DNA of 64,000 nt. Source: an uncultured Candidatus Rokubacteria bacterium. GTDB lineage: Bacteria > Methylomirabilota > Methylomirabilia > Rokubacteriales > DASRDR01. The stretch covers positions 1,088,001-1,152,000 of the forward strand of contig CAWGVS010000006.1 in NCBI GenBank assembly GCA_963826115.1. The letters are read 5' to 3'. Shown here one piece after another: positions 1 through 10,094 of the stretch. The notes under the pieces are model-generated. The model searched no databases and was not told the DNA's origin. It saw only the letters and a program-made list of their open reading frames with translations. A program made the position numbers and the translations under genes. How positions within the stretch are numbered: position 1 is the first letter of the stretch; every line of letters begins with the position of its first letter.

Positions 1-512
1 CGCTCCGCGAGGACCCCGACGTCATCCTGGTCGGGGAGATGCGGGACCTCGAGACGATCAGCCTGGCGCTGACGGCCGCGGAGACCGGGCACCTCGTCTT
101 CGCGACGCTCCACACGAAGAGCGCGCCCAAGACGATCGACCGCATCGTCGACGCCTTTCCCCCGGCGCAGCAGCAGCAGGTGCGGGTCCAGCTGGCCGAG
201 GCGCTCCAGGGAGTCGTCTCGCAGCTGCTCTTCCCGACCAAGGACAAGAAGGGGCGGGTGGCGGCGCTCGAGATCATGGTGGCCACCGTCGCGATCCGGA
301 ACCTGATCCGCGAGGGCAAGACCCACCAGATGCCGTCCTCGATCCAGACCGGCACCCAGATGGGGATGCAGAGCCTCGAGCAGGCCCTCCGGAACCTGGT
401 CATGCAGGGTCGCATCGACCGCGCGCACGCCGAGGGCTTTCTCCAGTCGTCCTCGTCGGGCTCGGCCGGCGGCCTGGGAGCCGTGCCCACCGCGGCGGGC
501 GCCGCGCGGTGA
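1..512 (+). CDS. pilT: Type IV pilus retraction ATPase PilT (5'-truncated by window)
   Basis: Frame open from window start: [15 protein letters not shown] (Walker B), [14 protein letters not shown] His-box, AIRNLIRE motif. Confidence 0.93.
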   Translation, partial: LREDPDVILVGEMRDLETISLALTAAETGHLVFATLHTKSAPKTIDRIVDAFPPAQQQQVRVQLAEALQGVVSQLLFPTKDKKGRVAALEIMVATVAIRNLIREGKTHQMPSSIQTGTQMGMQSLEQALRNLVMQGRIDRAHAEGFLQSSSSGSAGGLGAVPTAAGAAR

Positions 513-1585
513 GTGGCATGACCACGTTCGACGCGGTCCTGACCGAGGCGGTCTCGAGCGGCGCCTCGGACGTCTACTTCCTGGAGGGCGTCGCGCCCGC
601 CCTGAAGGTGGACGGTCTCGTGAGCCCGGTGCCCGGGACGGGTGCCCTCGACACCGACACCATGCGCGCGGTCCTCGAGCGGCTCCTGCCGATCCGTGAG
701 CGGACGGCCTTCGCGGAGCGGGGCGAGGCGAACCTGTCGCACGTTCACCCGATCCTCGGGCGCTTCCGCGTGAACTGCTACCGGGCGATGGGCGTTTCGG
801 GGGCGGTTCTCCGCCGGGTCAAGACGGAGGTGCCCACGATCGAGGGGCTCGAGCTGCCTCCGCTACTGGGCAGCCTGTCGCTCGAGCGGCAGGGCCTGAT
901 CCTGGTGGTGGGCGCGACGGGCGCCGGCAAATCGACCACCGTGGCGGCGATGCTCCACCATCGGAGCACGCACTCGCGCGGGCACGTCGTCACGATCGAG
1001 GACCCCGTCGAGTACATCCACGCCGCCGACCAGAGCATCGTCTCGCAGCGCGAGGTCGGGATCGACACCGACTCGTACTTGGTGGGGCTGAAGAACGCGC
1101 TCCGGCAGGCACCCGACGTCATCTTCGTCGGAGAGCTCCGCGACTCCGAGACGGCCGCAGTCGCGCTCCACTCGGCGGAGACCGGCCACCTGGTCCTCTC
1201 GACCCTTCACGCGACGAACGCGACGACCGCGGTCGAGCGGCTCCTCCACTTCTTCCAGCCCGAGGTGCGGGCGTCGGTGCTCCTCCAGCTCTCGCTGACC
1301 ATGCGGGCGGTCGTGGCGCAGCGGCTCGTGCCTCGGGTGGAAGGCAAGGGGCGGGCGGCGGCGATGGAGGTCATGCTGGTCACGTCGCGCATCCAGGCCC
1401 TGATCCGTCGGGGCGAGCTGGAGACCATCCGCCAGGCGATCGAGGAGGGCTCGAACGAGGGGCTCCAGACCTTCGACCAGGCCCTGTTCGACCTGGTCCG
1501 GCGGAAGACGATCGGCGCCGACGACGCGCTCCGCTTCGCGGACAGCCCGAACAACCTCCGGCTGCGCATGAAGGGGATCCGGTAG
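509..1585 (+). CDS. pilU: PilT/PilU family ATPase (PilU-like)
   Basis: GATGAGKST Walker [34 protein letters not shown]; lacks AIRNLIRE; overlaps pilT stop. Confidence 0.85.
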   Translation: MSGMTTFDAVLTEAVSSGASDVYFLEGVAPALKVDGLVSPVPGTGALDTDTMRAVLERLLPIRERTAFAERGEANLSHVHPILGRFRVNCYRAMGVSGAVLRRVKTEVPTIEGLELPPLLGSLSLERQGLILVVGATGAGKSTTVAAMLHHRSTHSRGHVVTIEDPVEYIHAADQSIVSQREVGIDTDSYLVGLKNALRQAPDVIFVGELRDSETAAVALHSAETGHLVLSTLHATNATTAVERLLHFFQPEVRASVLLQLSLTMRAVVAQRLVPRVEGKGRAAAMEVMLVTSRIQALIRRGELETIRQAIEEGSNEGLQTFDQALFDLVRRKTIGADDALRFADSPNNLRLRMKGIR

Positions 1586-1719
1586 GCCCGTCAGGGGGGT
1601 TCCTTCCCGCTCGTCCAGGTGGACCGGCGGAGGCTGCGCCAGGCCGACATCATGGGTGACGAGGACGGTGGCCGCGACGACCGCGAGGGCGGCGACCGCG
1701 AGACGCGGGGCCCGCGCCG

Positions 1720-2349
1720 TTACCGCCCGAGGGCCTTCCGGAGGACGGGCAGGAGGCGCTCGGCCAGCATCGCCTGACCCTGCTCGTCGGGGTGGAGCCC
1801 GTCGTACGTGTGGCCCGGCACGACGCCGCCCAGGAAGTCCTCGACGAGGCCCGCGCCCTCCTCCTTGGCGATCTCGCGGAGGTGCCGCCGGTGGCCATCC
1901 CCGGGCACGTTGGGGATGCTGATGTGGAGGAGGATGACGTCGGCCCCGCGGGCCCGGATCCGCTGGGTGATCGTCCGCAGGTTGGCCACGGTGCGCTCGC
2001 GCGGCCACTGGCCGAACATGTCGTTGACGCCGAGCTCGACCACCACGAGCCGGGGACGGTGCTGAAGCACGTCGCGGTCGAGGCGCTGGAGCCCGCCCTC
2101 GGTGGTGTCACCGGAGATGCCCGCGTTGACGACTGGGACGCCCAGCGCCTGCCCGAGCCGGTGGGGAAACGCGAGCTCCGCCCTCAGCCGGTGTCCGTTC
2201 GTGATGCTGTCCCCGAGGAAGACCACGGTCGACCCGGGCGCGGTTGCGCTCGCGCGCGGAGCGCGGCGAGCAGTCCGGGGCCAGAGCGCCCAGGCGGCGC
2301 CGAGGAGAACGAGGAGCCCGAGGACCAGCCAGACGCGCCGCGAGCCCAC
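1720..2349 (-). CDS. SGNH/GDSL hydrolase (arylesterase / acyl-CoA thioesterase TesA-like) with N-terminal membrane anchor
   Basis: FLGDSIT, NAGISGDTT, ELGVND, DGLHP blocks; start re-picked at GTG 2349. Confidence 0.85.
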   Translation of the reverse strand: MGSRRVWLVLGLLVLLGAAWALWPRTARRAPRASATAPGSTVVFLGDSITNGHRLRAELAFPHRLGQALGVPVVNAGISGDTTEGGLQRLDRDVLQHRPRLVVVELGVNDMFGQWPRERTVANLRTITQRIRARGADVILLHISIPNVPGDGHRRHLREIAKEEGAGLVEDFLGGVVPGHTYDGLHPDEQGQAMLAERLLPVLRKALGR

Positions 2350-2445
2350 GCGGTGATCTTGCGGCGATCCGGGCCGCCGGGCAACCGCCCGCCCCGGATC
2401 CGGAGCGACGCCGGAGGCGCGGGACCCGTCTGGTACCATCCGGTC

Positions 2446-3270
2446 ATGGGGCTCCATCCGGGCGGCCCGCCGCTCCTCGACCGCCGGACCGTCCTGGGGA
2501 CGGCGCTCGCGTGGCTCTGTTTCCCGCGGCTTCGGGCGGCGGCGGAGAGCGAGGCGCGCCAGGGCGCCTTCAGCGCGCGGGCGGCGATCCTGTTCGGCGC
2601 CTTCCGGTTCGAGGAGCGCGGGGTGATCGAGGAGACCATCGACCGTGCCGCCGGGCGGTACGAAGTGCGCATCACGGGCAAGGGCACGGAGATGAGCACG
2701 GAGATCGAGTCGAGCGGGACGCTCCGGGGCGGGCGGTGGGCGCCCCTCCGGTTCACGGACCGCTTCCTGGTGTACGGGCGGGAGTCGCGCCTCGAGATCG
2801 TCTACGACCACGACCACCGGCAGGTCCAGTACCGGGGGCGGAGCGAGACGTTCCTCCTCCGCCGCCTCCGCACGACCGACGACACCCTGACGCTGCCGGC
2901 CGAGAGTCACGTGGACGACGTGGTGAGCGCGACCTTGAACTTCGCCGAGGGGCGGTGGCCGGCGGAGAAGGACGGCCGGCTCGTCACCCAGGTCGTTCGC
3001 CGGCAGCGGACGCCTGGCGAGCGTCCGGACGACGCGGAGCGCCGTTACCGCGCGGAGCTCGTGCCCTTCGAGCTGCGGGTCGGCCCGGAGGCGGGCGGCC
3101 GGGCGACGGCGCTCCTCGACATGACGCGCTTCTCGTCGTGGGCGCGGGAGGAAGAGCCGGCGCGCATCGTGTTCGGCGCCGACCGGCGCCCCGAGAGCAT
3201 CACCGCGTCGCTCATCCTGGGCACGAGCCTCGCGATCCGGATGGGCGCCGGCGCGGCCGCGGGGTCGTAG
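2446..3270 (+). CDS. Exported hypothetical protein with Tat-like signal, possibly DUF3108-like beta-rich
   Basis: DRRTVL twin-arginine followed by hydrophobic stretch and AAA; ATG 6 nt after TGnTACCAT. Confidence 0.6.
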   Translation: MGLHPGGPPLLDRRTVLGTALAWLCFPRLRAAAESEARQGAFSARAAILFGAFRFEERGVIEETIDRAAGRYEVRITGKGTEMSTEIESSGTLRGGRWAPLRFTDRFLVYGRESRLEIVYDHDHRQVQYRGRSETFLLRRLRTTDDTLTLPAESHVDDVVSATLNFAEGRWPAEKDGRLVTQVVRRQRTPGERPDDAERRYRAELVPFELRVGPEAGGRATALLDMTRFSSWAREEEPARIVFGADRRPESITASLILGTSLAIRMGAGAAAGS

Positions 3271-3282
3271 ACGCGCGCCGGC

Positions 3283-5556
3283 CTACGCGGCCGGCAGCCG
3301 GATCGTGAAGACGGTGCCCCGCCCGAGCTCCGAGTCGACGTCGATCGTCCCGCCGTAGCTCGAGATGATGCCGGAGACGATCGAGAGCCCGAGCCCCGTC
3401 CCGCTCTCCTTCGTCGTGAAGAACGGCTCGAAGATGCGCCGGCGCACGTCCGGCGGGATGCCGGTCCCGGTGTCCGCGATGGACAGCAGGACCCAGTCGC
3501 CCTCGTAGCGGGTCTCGAGAGTGATGGAGCCGCCCTTCGGCATGGCGTCGACCGAGTTCAGGACGAGGTTGATGAGCGCCTCGCGCAGCTCCGCCCCGCG
3601 CGCCTGGATCGCGGGCACCAGGTCCAGCCGCTGCCGCACCATGATCGGCGCGCCCCGGAGGTCGCTCTGGGACCACCGCGGCCGGACGATCTCGATCGCC
3701 TGCCGGACCACGTCCCGGAGGTCCACCCGCTCGAGCCGGCGGTCCACGTCGCGGCGGGCGAACCGCCGGATGCGGCCAACCGTTTCCACCCCGTCCCGGA
3801 CCGCCTGCTCGATCGTGGCCAGGCCCCGCTGCAGACGCTCGGGCGAGGGCTCGTGGGCGATGAGCTGGGTGTGCCCGAGGATGGCCTGGAGCAGGTTCGT
3901 GAAGTCATGGGCCATGCCCATGGCGAGCTGACCGAGCGCGGACAGCTTCTCGGAGCGGGCGAGCTGCTCCTCCCAGCGCCGCTGCTCGGTGACGTCGCGG
4001 ACGATCAGGAGGAGCCCGATCTCGTCGCGACTACCCCAGGGGATGGGGGAGCACGTGGCGGTGAGGTCCTGGACTGCCCGGTCGCCCTCCTGGAGGCGCA
4101 GCACCGCGGTCCGGCTCGCCCGCGGGGCGGCGAGCACGGGCTCGAGCTGCACCATCACGACCGGCGGCATCGCATCGCCGATGAGCTTGCCGCGCGCCTC
4201 CTCGGCGGTCCGCCCGAACATCCGCTCGGCCGCCGGGTTCCAGGTGACGACCCGGCCCGCGGGGTCCACGGCCACGATGGACTCGGTCGCCGACTCGATC
4301 AGGTTCTCCAGGAACGACTTGGCCTCCGAGAGCTCGCGGTGAAGGTTCGCGTTCCGGACGATGAGGGCGACCGACTCCGAGAACATGCGGAGGAGCTCGC
4401 GCTCGCTCGGATCGAGCTCGCGGGTCGTCTCGACGACCAGCGCGCCGAGGTGCCGGCCCTGCGCCACCAGGGGGAACACGGCGCGCTCGGGCGTTTCGGT
4501 CTCCGCCGGCTCGCCCTGGTCGAGGAGCACCTGGACGCGCTCGTAGCCGCCGCCCTGCTGGAGGTGGTCGGTGATCGCGGCGAGCGTCCGGTCGAGCGCG
4601 GGGTCGACGAGGACCGCCGTGGAGATCCGCCGAAGGATCTCGCCCTGCACGGCCCGCAGCGACTGCTCGGCCGCCAGCCGCGCCGCGGCCGTGAGGAGGG
4701 CCGAGGTTCGCACGGCCGTGACCATGAGATCGGTCACCGGCCGGAGGGGCGCGAGGTCGGCGGCGCCGGGGGCCGGAGCGCGGCGGTGGTAGAGCGCGAG
4801 GTGCGCCGACACGCGGGGGAATCCCTCGTCCACCGCCGGCACGACCAGCGCGGACTCGAAGCCCAGCTCGGCGAGCTCGACAGGCCATGTCAGCGGCCCG
4901 GCCACGCCCGGGCGGACGGCCGCGGGCTCGCGAACGTCGTGTAGCGCCGCGCGCCACGCGGCGGCCACCGCGTCACCTGCCGCGGCGGGGAGCTCGGTGT
5001 GCACGACCGCGATCGGATCCGTGCCGAGGAACGACGCGGCCGCCGCGCCCGTCACGCGCTGGGCCTCGTGGAGCATCGCGCGAAGGAGCCCCTGGAGGTC
5101 GCCGCTCTCCACGGGGTCGCGCCGCTGCGCGAGATCGCGCATCTTGCCGATGAGCGGGGCGAGCGCCACGCCCGGCCGGTCTGCGCGCTGGCGCCGGCGG
5201 GCGACGGCCCGCTCCGCGGCCTCCTGGAGCTCCCGGGGAGCGAACGGCTTCACCAGGTAGTCCATGGCGCCGAACCGCATCGCCCGCTGCACCGTGTCGA
5301 GCGACGCGTAGGCGGTGATCATCACGACCTCGACGCCGGCGTCGACCGCCTTCACGCGCTCGAGCAGCTGGACGCCGTCCATGCGAGGCATCTTCACGTC
5401 CATGAAGATCACGTCCGGGCGGAGCCCGGGCAGGACCGCGAGAACCTCCTCGCCGCTCCCGGCCGTGAAGACCTGGTAGCGCGGCTTGAGGATCATGCGG
5501 ATGGCCTCCCGCGGCCCCTCCTCGTCGTCCACCACCAGCACGCGTGGGTCCATCAT
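3283..5556 (-). CDS. Hybrid sensor histidine kinase (REC-GAF-GAF-PAS-HisKA-HATPase)
   Basis: VVDDE...FMDVKMP...ITAY...VKPF receiver; AHDFTNLL H-box; NLVLNS, DTGTG, FFTTK, GTGLGL. Confidence 0.92.
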   Translation of the reverse strand: MMDPRVLVVDDEEGPREAIRMILKPRYQVFTAGSGEEVLAVLPGLRPDVIFMDVKMPRMDGVQLLERVKAVDAGVEVVMITAYASLDTVQRAMRFGAMDYLVKPFAPRELQEAAERAVARRRQRADRPGVALAPLIGKMRDLAQRRDPVESGDLQGLLRAMLHEAQRVTGAAAASFLGTDPIAVVHTELPAAAGDAVAAAWRAALHDVREPAAVRPGVAGPLTWPVELAELGFESALVVPAVDEGFPRVSAHLALYHRRAPAPGAADLAPLRPVTDLMVTAVRTSALLTAAARLAAEQSLRAVQGEILRRISTAVLVDPALDRTLAAITDHLQQGGGYERVQVLLDQGEPAETETPERAVFPLVAQGRHLGALVVETTRELDPSERELLRMFSESVALIVRNANLHRELSEAKSFLENLIESATESIVAVDPAGRVVTWNPAAERMFGRTAEEARGKLIGDAMPPVVMVQLEPVLAAPRASRTAVLRLQEGDRAVQDLTATCSPIPWGSRDEIGLLLIVRDVTEQRRWEEQLARSEKLSALGQLAMGMAHDFTNLLQAILGHTQLIAHEPSPERLQRGLATIEQAVRDGVETVGRIRRFARRDVDRRLERVDLRDVVRQAIEIVRPRWSQSDLRGAPIMVRQRLDLVPAIQARGAELREALINLVLNSVDAMPKGGSITLETRYEGDWVLLSIADTGTGIPPDVRRRIFEPFFTTKESGTGLGLSIVSGIISSYGGTIDVDSELGRGTVFTIRLPAA

Positions 5557-5580
5557 GTCTGAGCCCCCCTGGGTCTCAGC

Positions 5581-7599
5581 TCACTGACTGGTGCGCGGCA
5601 GCGTCAGGACGAAGCGGATCTCGCCCTCCTGGCCGCCGAGCGTGAGGGTGCCTCCGTGAGCTTCCACGATCTTCTGCGTCACGCCCGGCCCCACGTCGAG
5701 GAGCTTGTCGGACGCGATCGCGAGCGGGCTGAACAGGTGCTCGCGCTCCACGGCCGAGAGCCGCGCGGGCCGCCCCGCGAGTGACAGGCGCACCCGCCCC
5801 GCGTCGTCCGGCGCGGCCTGGAGGTGGATGGCCACGCGGCCGTCGGCGTCGACGCGATTGGCGAGGTACCGGACCAGGTACCCGATCGCCTTGGTGAGCT
5901 GCTCGCGGTCCACCTTGACGACGAGCCCCTCCTGCGGCGCGTAGAGGAGCGCGGTCAGCTGGTCGGCCCGCTCGGGCACGCGGAGCAGGAACAGGGCGGA
6001 ATCCCGCGGCCCCTTGGACCGCTCCAGCCGGACCGACAGCTCCTCCAGCGCGTCGTGGAGGAGCTCCCGGAAGTCGCAGAAGTCGACCTTGTAGTCGCGG
6101 TCGCCCGCCAGCGTGATCAGCTTGTCGACGAGCGAGATCAGGCGCTGCGTGTCCTTCCCGACGACCGACAGGAACGTCTCCCGGAACTCGGGGTCCTCGT
6201 AGCGCTGCGGGAGGAGCTCGAGGAAGGTGTAGATGGACACCAGCGGGTTCTTGATCTCGTCGGTCAGGCGCAGCAGGACCCGGTTGAGGAGGTCCAGGGT
6301 CTGGCTCGTCTGTCGCTCGCGGCTCAGCTGGTGGCGCGGCGTCGGGTCGTCGATGAGCATGACCGCGCCGGCGGGCGCCCCCGCGGCGTCCAGGATTCGC
6401 GAGGTGCTGACCTCGAGGGCGATCTGCTGGCGGGGCAGCTCCACCTCGGCGAGCCTGAGCTCGCGGCCGCCCTGCACGGCCTCGTGGAGGAGGTCGCCGA
6501 GCGGCGAGGGGAGCGCCCGGAGATCCTGGCCGAGGACGTCGCCCAGCGGCAGCTGGAGGATCTGCTCCGCCCGCCGGTTGAAGCGCGTGATCCGGCCGCC
6601 GGCGTCGATCGTGATCGCGCCGCTCTGGAGGTGGGCCAGGACCTGCTCGATGAAGCCGTGCTGGGCCCGGACCGTGTTGAAGAGCGAGATGTCCTCCACC
6701 GCCATCGCGACCTGGCTCGCGAGCATGAAGAGGCGCTCCAGCTCCTCCGCGCCGTAGGGCTGCCCGGTGACGCGCGGCCCGAGGACCAGGATCCCCACGA
6801 GCTTGGCCTGCACCCAGAGGGGCACCGCGACGTCGCCGCCCAGGAGCGCGAGCTCGCGCGCTGCCTCCATCCAGTCCGGCTCGCCCTCGAGCTCCTTCCG
6901 GACCGCGAGCCGCACGTGCTGCCGGAACCAGTCGGCGAGCCCCTCGCCGCTCTCCAGCCGGAGGCGCTCGGCGAGCGCCGGATCGAGCCCCCGGAAGCCG
7001 CGCGGCCGGTACCGGTGCTCGGCATCCAGCAGGAGGAGCGAGACGCGCACCGGCCGCACGAGCTCGCCGACCGCGTCCAGGAAGAACTCGACGACGCGCT
7101 CGATGTCGAAGTGCGCGGCGAGGAGCTTGCCGAGCTCCTTCAGCACCGTGCCCATCGTCCCCGCCCCGCCGGCGCTGGGCGCCGGCGGGGCGGGCGGGAG
7201 CGCCTCGCGCCGCGCGCGGTCGCGCCGGAGCGTGGCGATCTCGAGCTCCAGGCGCCGGACGCGAAGCCCCTGGTCGATCGCCAGGCGGAGCGCGGCGTCC
7301 GGCATGTCCCGCGACAGCGCGAGGTCGCACCGGTCCGCGCCGGGCGGCACCGGATCGCCAGGGTCGAGCAGACCGATGACGAACGGTCGCGGCGCGGCGG
7401 CGGCCGCCGTGGCCAGCTCGTCCGGGTCGATCCGGGTCGAGCCGAAGTCGAGGAGGAGCACGTCGGCCTGGCTCGCGGCGCCCGGCTCGAGGGTCTGGGC
7501 CAGCGATCCGGCGGGCGGGAGGTCGAGGTCACCGTTCAGGAGCCGCCGCAGGCGGGTGGCCAGAGCGGCGTCGCGCGAGAGGACGCGCACCGTCCTCAC
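5581..7599 (-). CDS. Histidine-kinase-like protein with degenerate REC, GAF, PAS and non-canonical H-box/ATP lid (pseudokinase)
   Basis: GTG start overlaps upstream TGA; H-box reads LTDEIKNPL; N/G1/G2 boxes degenerate. Confidence 0.8.
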   Translation of the reverse strand: MRTVRVLSRDAALATRLRRLLNGDLDLPPAGSLAQTLEPGAASQADVLLLDFGSTRIDPDELATAAAAAPRPFVIGLLDPGDPVPPGADRCDLALSRDMPDAALRLAIDQGLRVRRLELEIATLRRDRARREALPPAPPAPSAGGAGTMGTVLKELGKLLAAHFDIERVVEFFLDAVGELVRPVRVSLLLLDAEHRYRPRGFRGLDPALAERLRLESGEGLADWFRQHVRLAVRKELEGEPDWMEAARELALLGGDVAVPLWVQAKLVGILVLGPRVTGQPYGAEELERLFMLASQVAMAVEDISLFNTVRAQHGFIEQVLAHLQSGAITIDAGGRITRFNRRAEQILQLPLGDVLGQDLRALPSPLGDLLHEAVQGGRELRLAEVELPRQQIALEVSTSRILDAAGAPAGAVMLIDDPTPRHQLSRERQTSQTLDLLNRVLLRLTDEIKNPLVSIYTFLELLPQRYEDPEFRETFLSVVGKDTQRLISLVDKLITLAGDRDYKVDFCDFRELLHDALEELSVRLERSKGPRDSALFLLRVPERADQLTALLYAPQEGLVVKVDREQLTKAIGYLVRYLANRVDADGRVAIHLQAAPDDAGRVRLSLAGRPARLSAVEREHLFSPLAIASDKLLDVGPGVTQKIVEAHGGTLTLGGQEGEIRFVLTLPRTSQ

Positions 7600-10085
7600 C
7601 GCGCCACCTCCGGCCGGATGGTGTCCGCCACCGCGCCGACGAGGGCGGGGAACTGCACGACGAACGTGGTGCCGAGCCCGGCCGGTCCGGGGTCCGCCCA
7701 GAGCGCCGCGCGGTGCGCGTCCGCGATGCTGCGGCAGATCGCGAGGCCGAGGCCCGTCCCGCTCGACTTCGTCGTGAAGAACGGGTCGAACACGCGGCCG
7801 AGGTCCTCGCGGGGGATGCCGGGGCCGGTGTCGGTGACGCGGACCGTGACCAGGCCGCGGTCCGCGCGCTCGCGGTCGGCCCTCACGGTCACCGTGAGGG
7901 TGCCGCCCGCCGTCATCGCCTCCAGCCCGTTCAGGAACAGGTTCAGGAAGAGCTGCTTCAGCTGGTCGAGCTCGCCCAGGACCGGCGGCAGGTCGGGCTC
8001 GATCTCGACCACCGAGCGCACCCGGCGGCGATCGGCCTCCCCGCGCAGGAGGTCGAGCGTCTCGGCCAGCGGCACCTGGAGGTCGAGCGGCCGGAGCGGG
8101 AACGCGCTCGGAACCGCCAGCGCCCGGAGCCGGGCCAGGAGCTGCTCGATGCGGTGGATCTCCTTCACGGCGACCTTGGCGAAGGTCGAGCGGAACTCGT
8201 GGTCGTCGGCCCGCTCGGGCAGGAGCTCGGCGAACGTCTTGATGGCCACCAGCGGGTTCCGGATCTCGTGGGCGATGCCGGTGGCCATGGCGCCGAGCGC
8301 CGAGAGACGGTCGGTCCGCCGCTTGTCCTCCTCGAGCGCCTTGAGCCGCGAGTGGTCGTTCAGGACCGCGATCGCCCCGCTGACCTCGCCCTTGTGGTCG
8401 TGGAGGGCCGAGGTGTGCACGACCAGCGGGAGGACGCGCCCTTCGGGGTGGCTGACCGTCACCTCCGTCTCGGCCTCCGACCGCTCCACGATGCTCGACC
8501 GCAGGACGGCGCGGATGGCGGGGTCCAGCACGTCGAGCGACCGCCCCACCACGCGCCCCGCCTCGATCCCCAGGATCCGCTCCGCCGCGGGATTGAGCGT
8601 CGTGACGACGCCGTCGGCCCTTGCGGCGATGACGCCCGAGTCCATGCGGCCGAGGAGCCGCTCGTTGTACTCCTTGATCGAGACGATCTCGTGGTAGAGC
8701 TGCGCGTTCTTGAGCCCGATGGCCAGCTCGCTCGCGAGGGTCTCCAGGAGATCGAGCTCGTCGCCGTAGAAGGAGTCTCCCGACAGCTTGGGCCCGGCCA
8801 GGATCACGGCCATCAGCCGGCCGTCCCGGACCGGTACCGCCAGCTCGGCGCCCCAGGCCCGCAGGTCCCGCAGCACCGCGCGGGCGTCGACGGCGCCCGC
8901 GCGGGCCCCGACGTGGTCCCGGACGAGCGCGGCCGTCCCGTCGGAGAGCTCCTGGATCAGCGGGCTCCCGCCGGGCATCGGCTCCGCGGGCCACGCGACA
9001 CTCGGGTCGACGTGGCGGGTGACCAGCGGGGCGAACGCGTCGCGGTCCCCGATCCGGACGAGGATCGCGAGGCTCTCCAGGTGGAGCGCCCGGTCGATCA
9101 GGTCGGCCATGGCCGTCGCCACCCGCGCGGGGTCGGCGAACGTACCCATGGCCCGGCTCCCCTCGCGGACGAGCGCGCGCGCGTCGTAGGCGGGCCGGTA
9201 GAGGTAGCGGTCGGCGAGCCGTCGCATGCGCGGCGCGAACCCGAGGAACAGGGCGGAGGCGGCCAGACCGAGGATCACGGCGCCCGCCGGCGACAGCGTG
9301 GGGTTGGCCTCCGGGACCAGCGCGTCGAGCAGGACCTCGCCGCCGATGAGGAGCGACGCGGTCAGGAGCCAGCCCGCGGCGTAGGCCGCCGACCGGCTGA
9401 CGACCACCCGCACGTCCATGAGCCGGTGGCGGACGATCGAGTGGGCAGTGAAGCCGAGCCAGAGGAGCGTGAAGTAGGGGCCGTACACGCCGAGCCGCGA
9501 GGACCCGGTCACGAGCGGCACCACGACGCCCAGCGTGAGCGCACCCGCGGCGGTCAGTCCCGCGCCGAGGAAGACGTAGTGGAGCTGGGCCCGCGCGAAT
9601 CCCGTCGTGTGCCGGAGCTTCCCGGCCAGGTAGGCCAGGGCCCACGCCGAGCACAGGATCATGTACGCGCCGAGGAGGCGGAACGCGGGCCCGTACACCG
9701 GCTGGAGGTAGTCCGGCGCCTCGCGGCGGACGTCGGCGACGATCCAGGGCGAGAACGCCAGGCCCGACATGAAGAGACCCAGGATCGTCACGGCCTGGGC
9801 GAGCGCGGGCCGTCGGGACGCCGGCCGCGGGAAGGCCACCGCGAAGTGGGCGAACGTTACCGGAACCAGCGCGGCGGTCGCCCACAGGATGCGCACCACC
9901 ACGAGCACGACCGCCGGGTCGGACAGGCTCCGGCGGATCCCGACCAGCATGCCCCACGCCGCGAGGGTCGTCGCGAAGGCGGCGAACCACCGATTGACCG
10001 GGCGGCGCGGGTTCCGCACCCAGACCACGACCGCCAGCGCCACCTCGATCAGCGCGACCAGGAAGAGGCCGACGATCGCCGTCAT
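7596..10085 (-). CDS. Membrane sensor histidine kinase (HisKA_7TM-like N-terminus, GAF, PAS, HisKA, HATPase)
   Basis: About 8-9 hydrophobic helices beginning RNPRRPVNRWF; AHEIRNPL; NLFLNG, DTGPG, FFTTK, GTGLGL. Confidence 0.92.
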   Translation of the reverse strand: MTAIVGLFLVALIEVALAVVVWVRNPRRPVNRWFAAFATTLAAWGMLVGIRRSLSDPAVVLVVVRILWATAALVPVTFAHFAVAFPRPASRRPALAQAVTILGLFMSGLAFSPWIVADVRREAPDYLQPVYGPAFRLLGAYMILCSAWALAYLAGKLRHTTGFARAQLHYVFLGAGLTAAGALTLGVVVPLVTGSSRLGVYGPYFTLLWLGFTAHSIVRHRLMDVRVVVSRSAAYAAGWLLTASLLIGGEVLLDALVPEANPTLSPAGAVILGLAASALFLGFAPRMRRLADRYLYRPAYDARALVREGSRAMGTFADPARVATAMADLIDRALHLESLAILVRIGDRDAFAPLVTRHVDPSVAWPAEPMPGGSPLIQELSDGTAALVRDHVGARAGAVDARAVLRDLRAWGAELAVPVRDGRLMAVILAGPKLSGDSFYGDELDLLETLASELAIGLKNAQLYHEIVSIKEYNERLLGRMDSGVIAARADGVVTTLNPAAERILGIEAGRVVGRSLDVLDPAIRAVLRSSIVERSEAETEVTVSHPEGRVLPLVVHTSALHDHKGEVSGAIAVLNDHSRLKALEEDKRRTDRLSALGAMATGIAHEIRNPLVAIKTFAELLPERADDHEFRSTFAKVAVKEIHRIEQLLARLRALAVPSAFPLRPLDLQVPLAETLDLLRGEADRRRVRSVVEIEPDLPPVLGELDQLKQLFLNLFLNGLEAMTAGGTLTVTVRADRERADRGLVTVRVTDTGPGIPREDLGRVFDPFFTTKSSGTGLGLAICRSIADAHRAALWADPGPAGLGTTFVVQFPALVGAVADTIRPEVAR

Positions 10086-10094
10086 GGGGCGGGT

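Noticed and set aside
1586-1719. Signal-peptide-like reading (RLAVAALAVVAATVLV) on the minus strand
   Set aside because: No start codon and it runs antisense into pilU; at most a remnant
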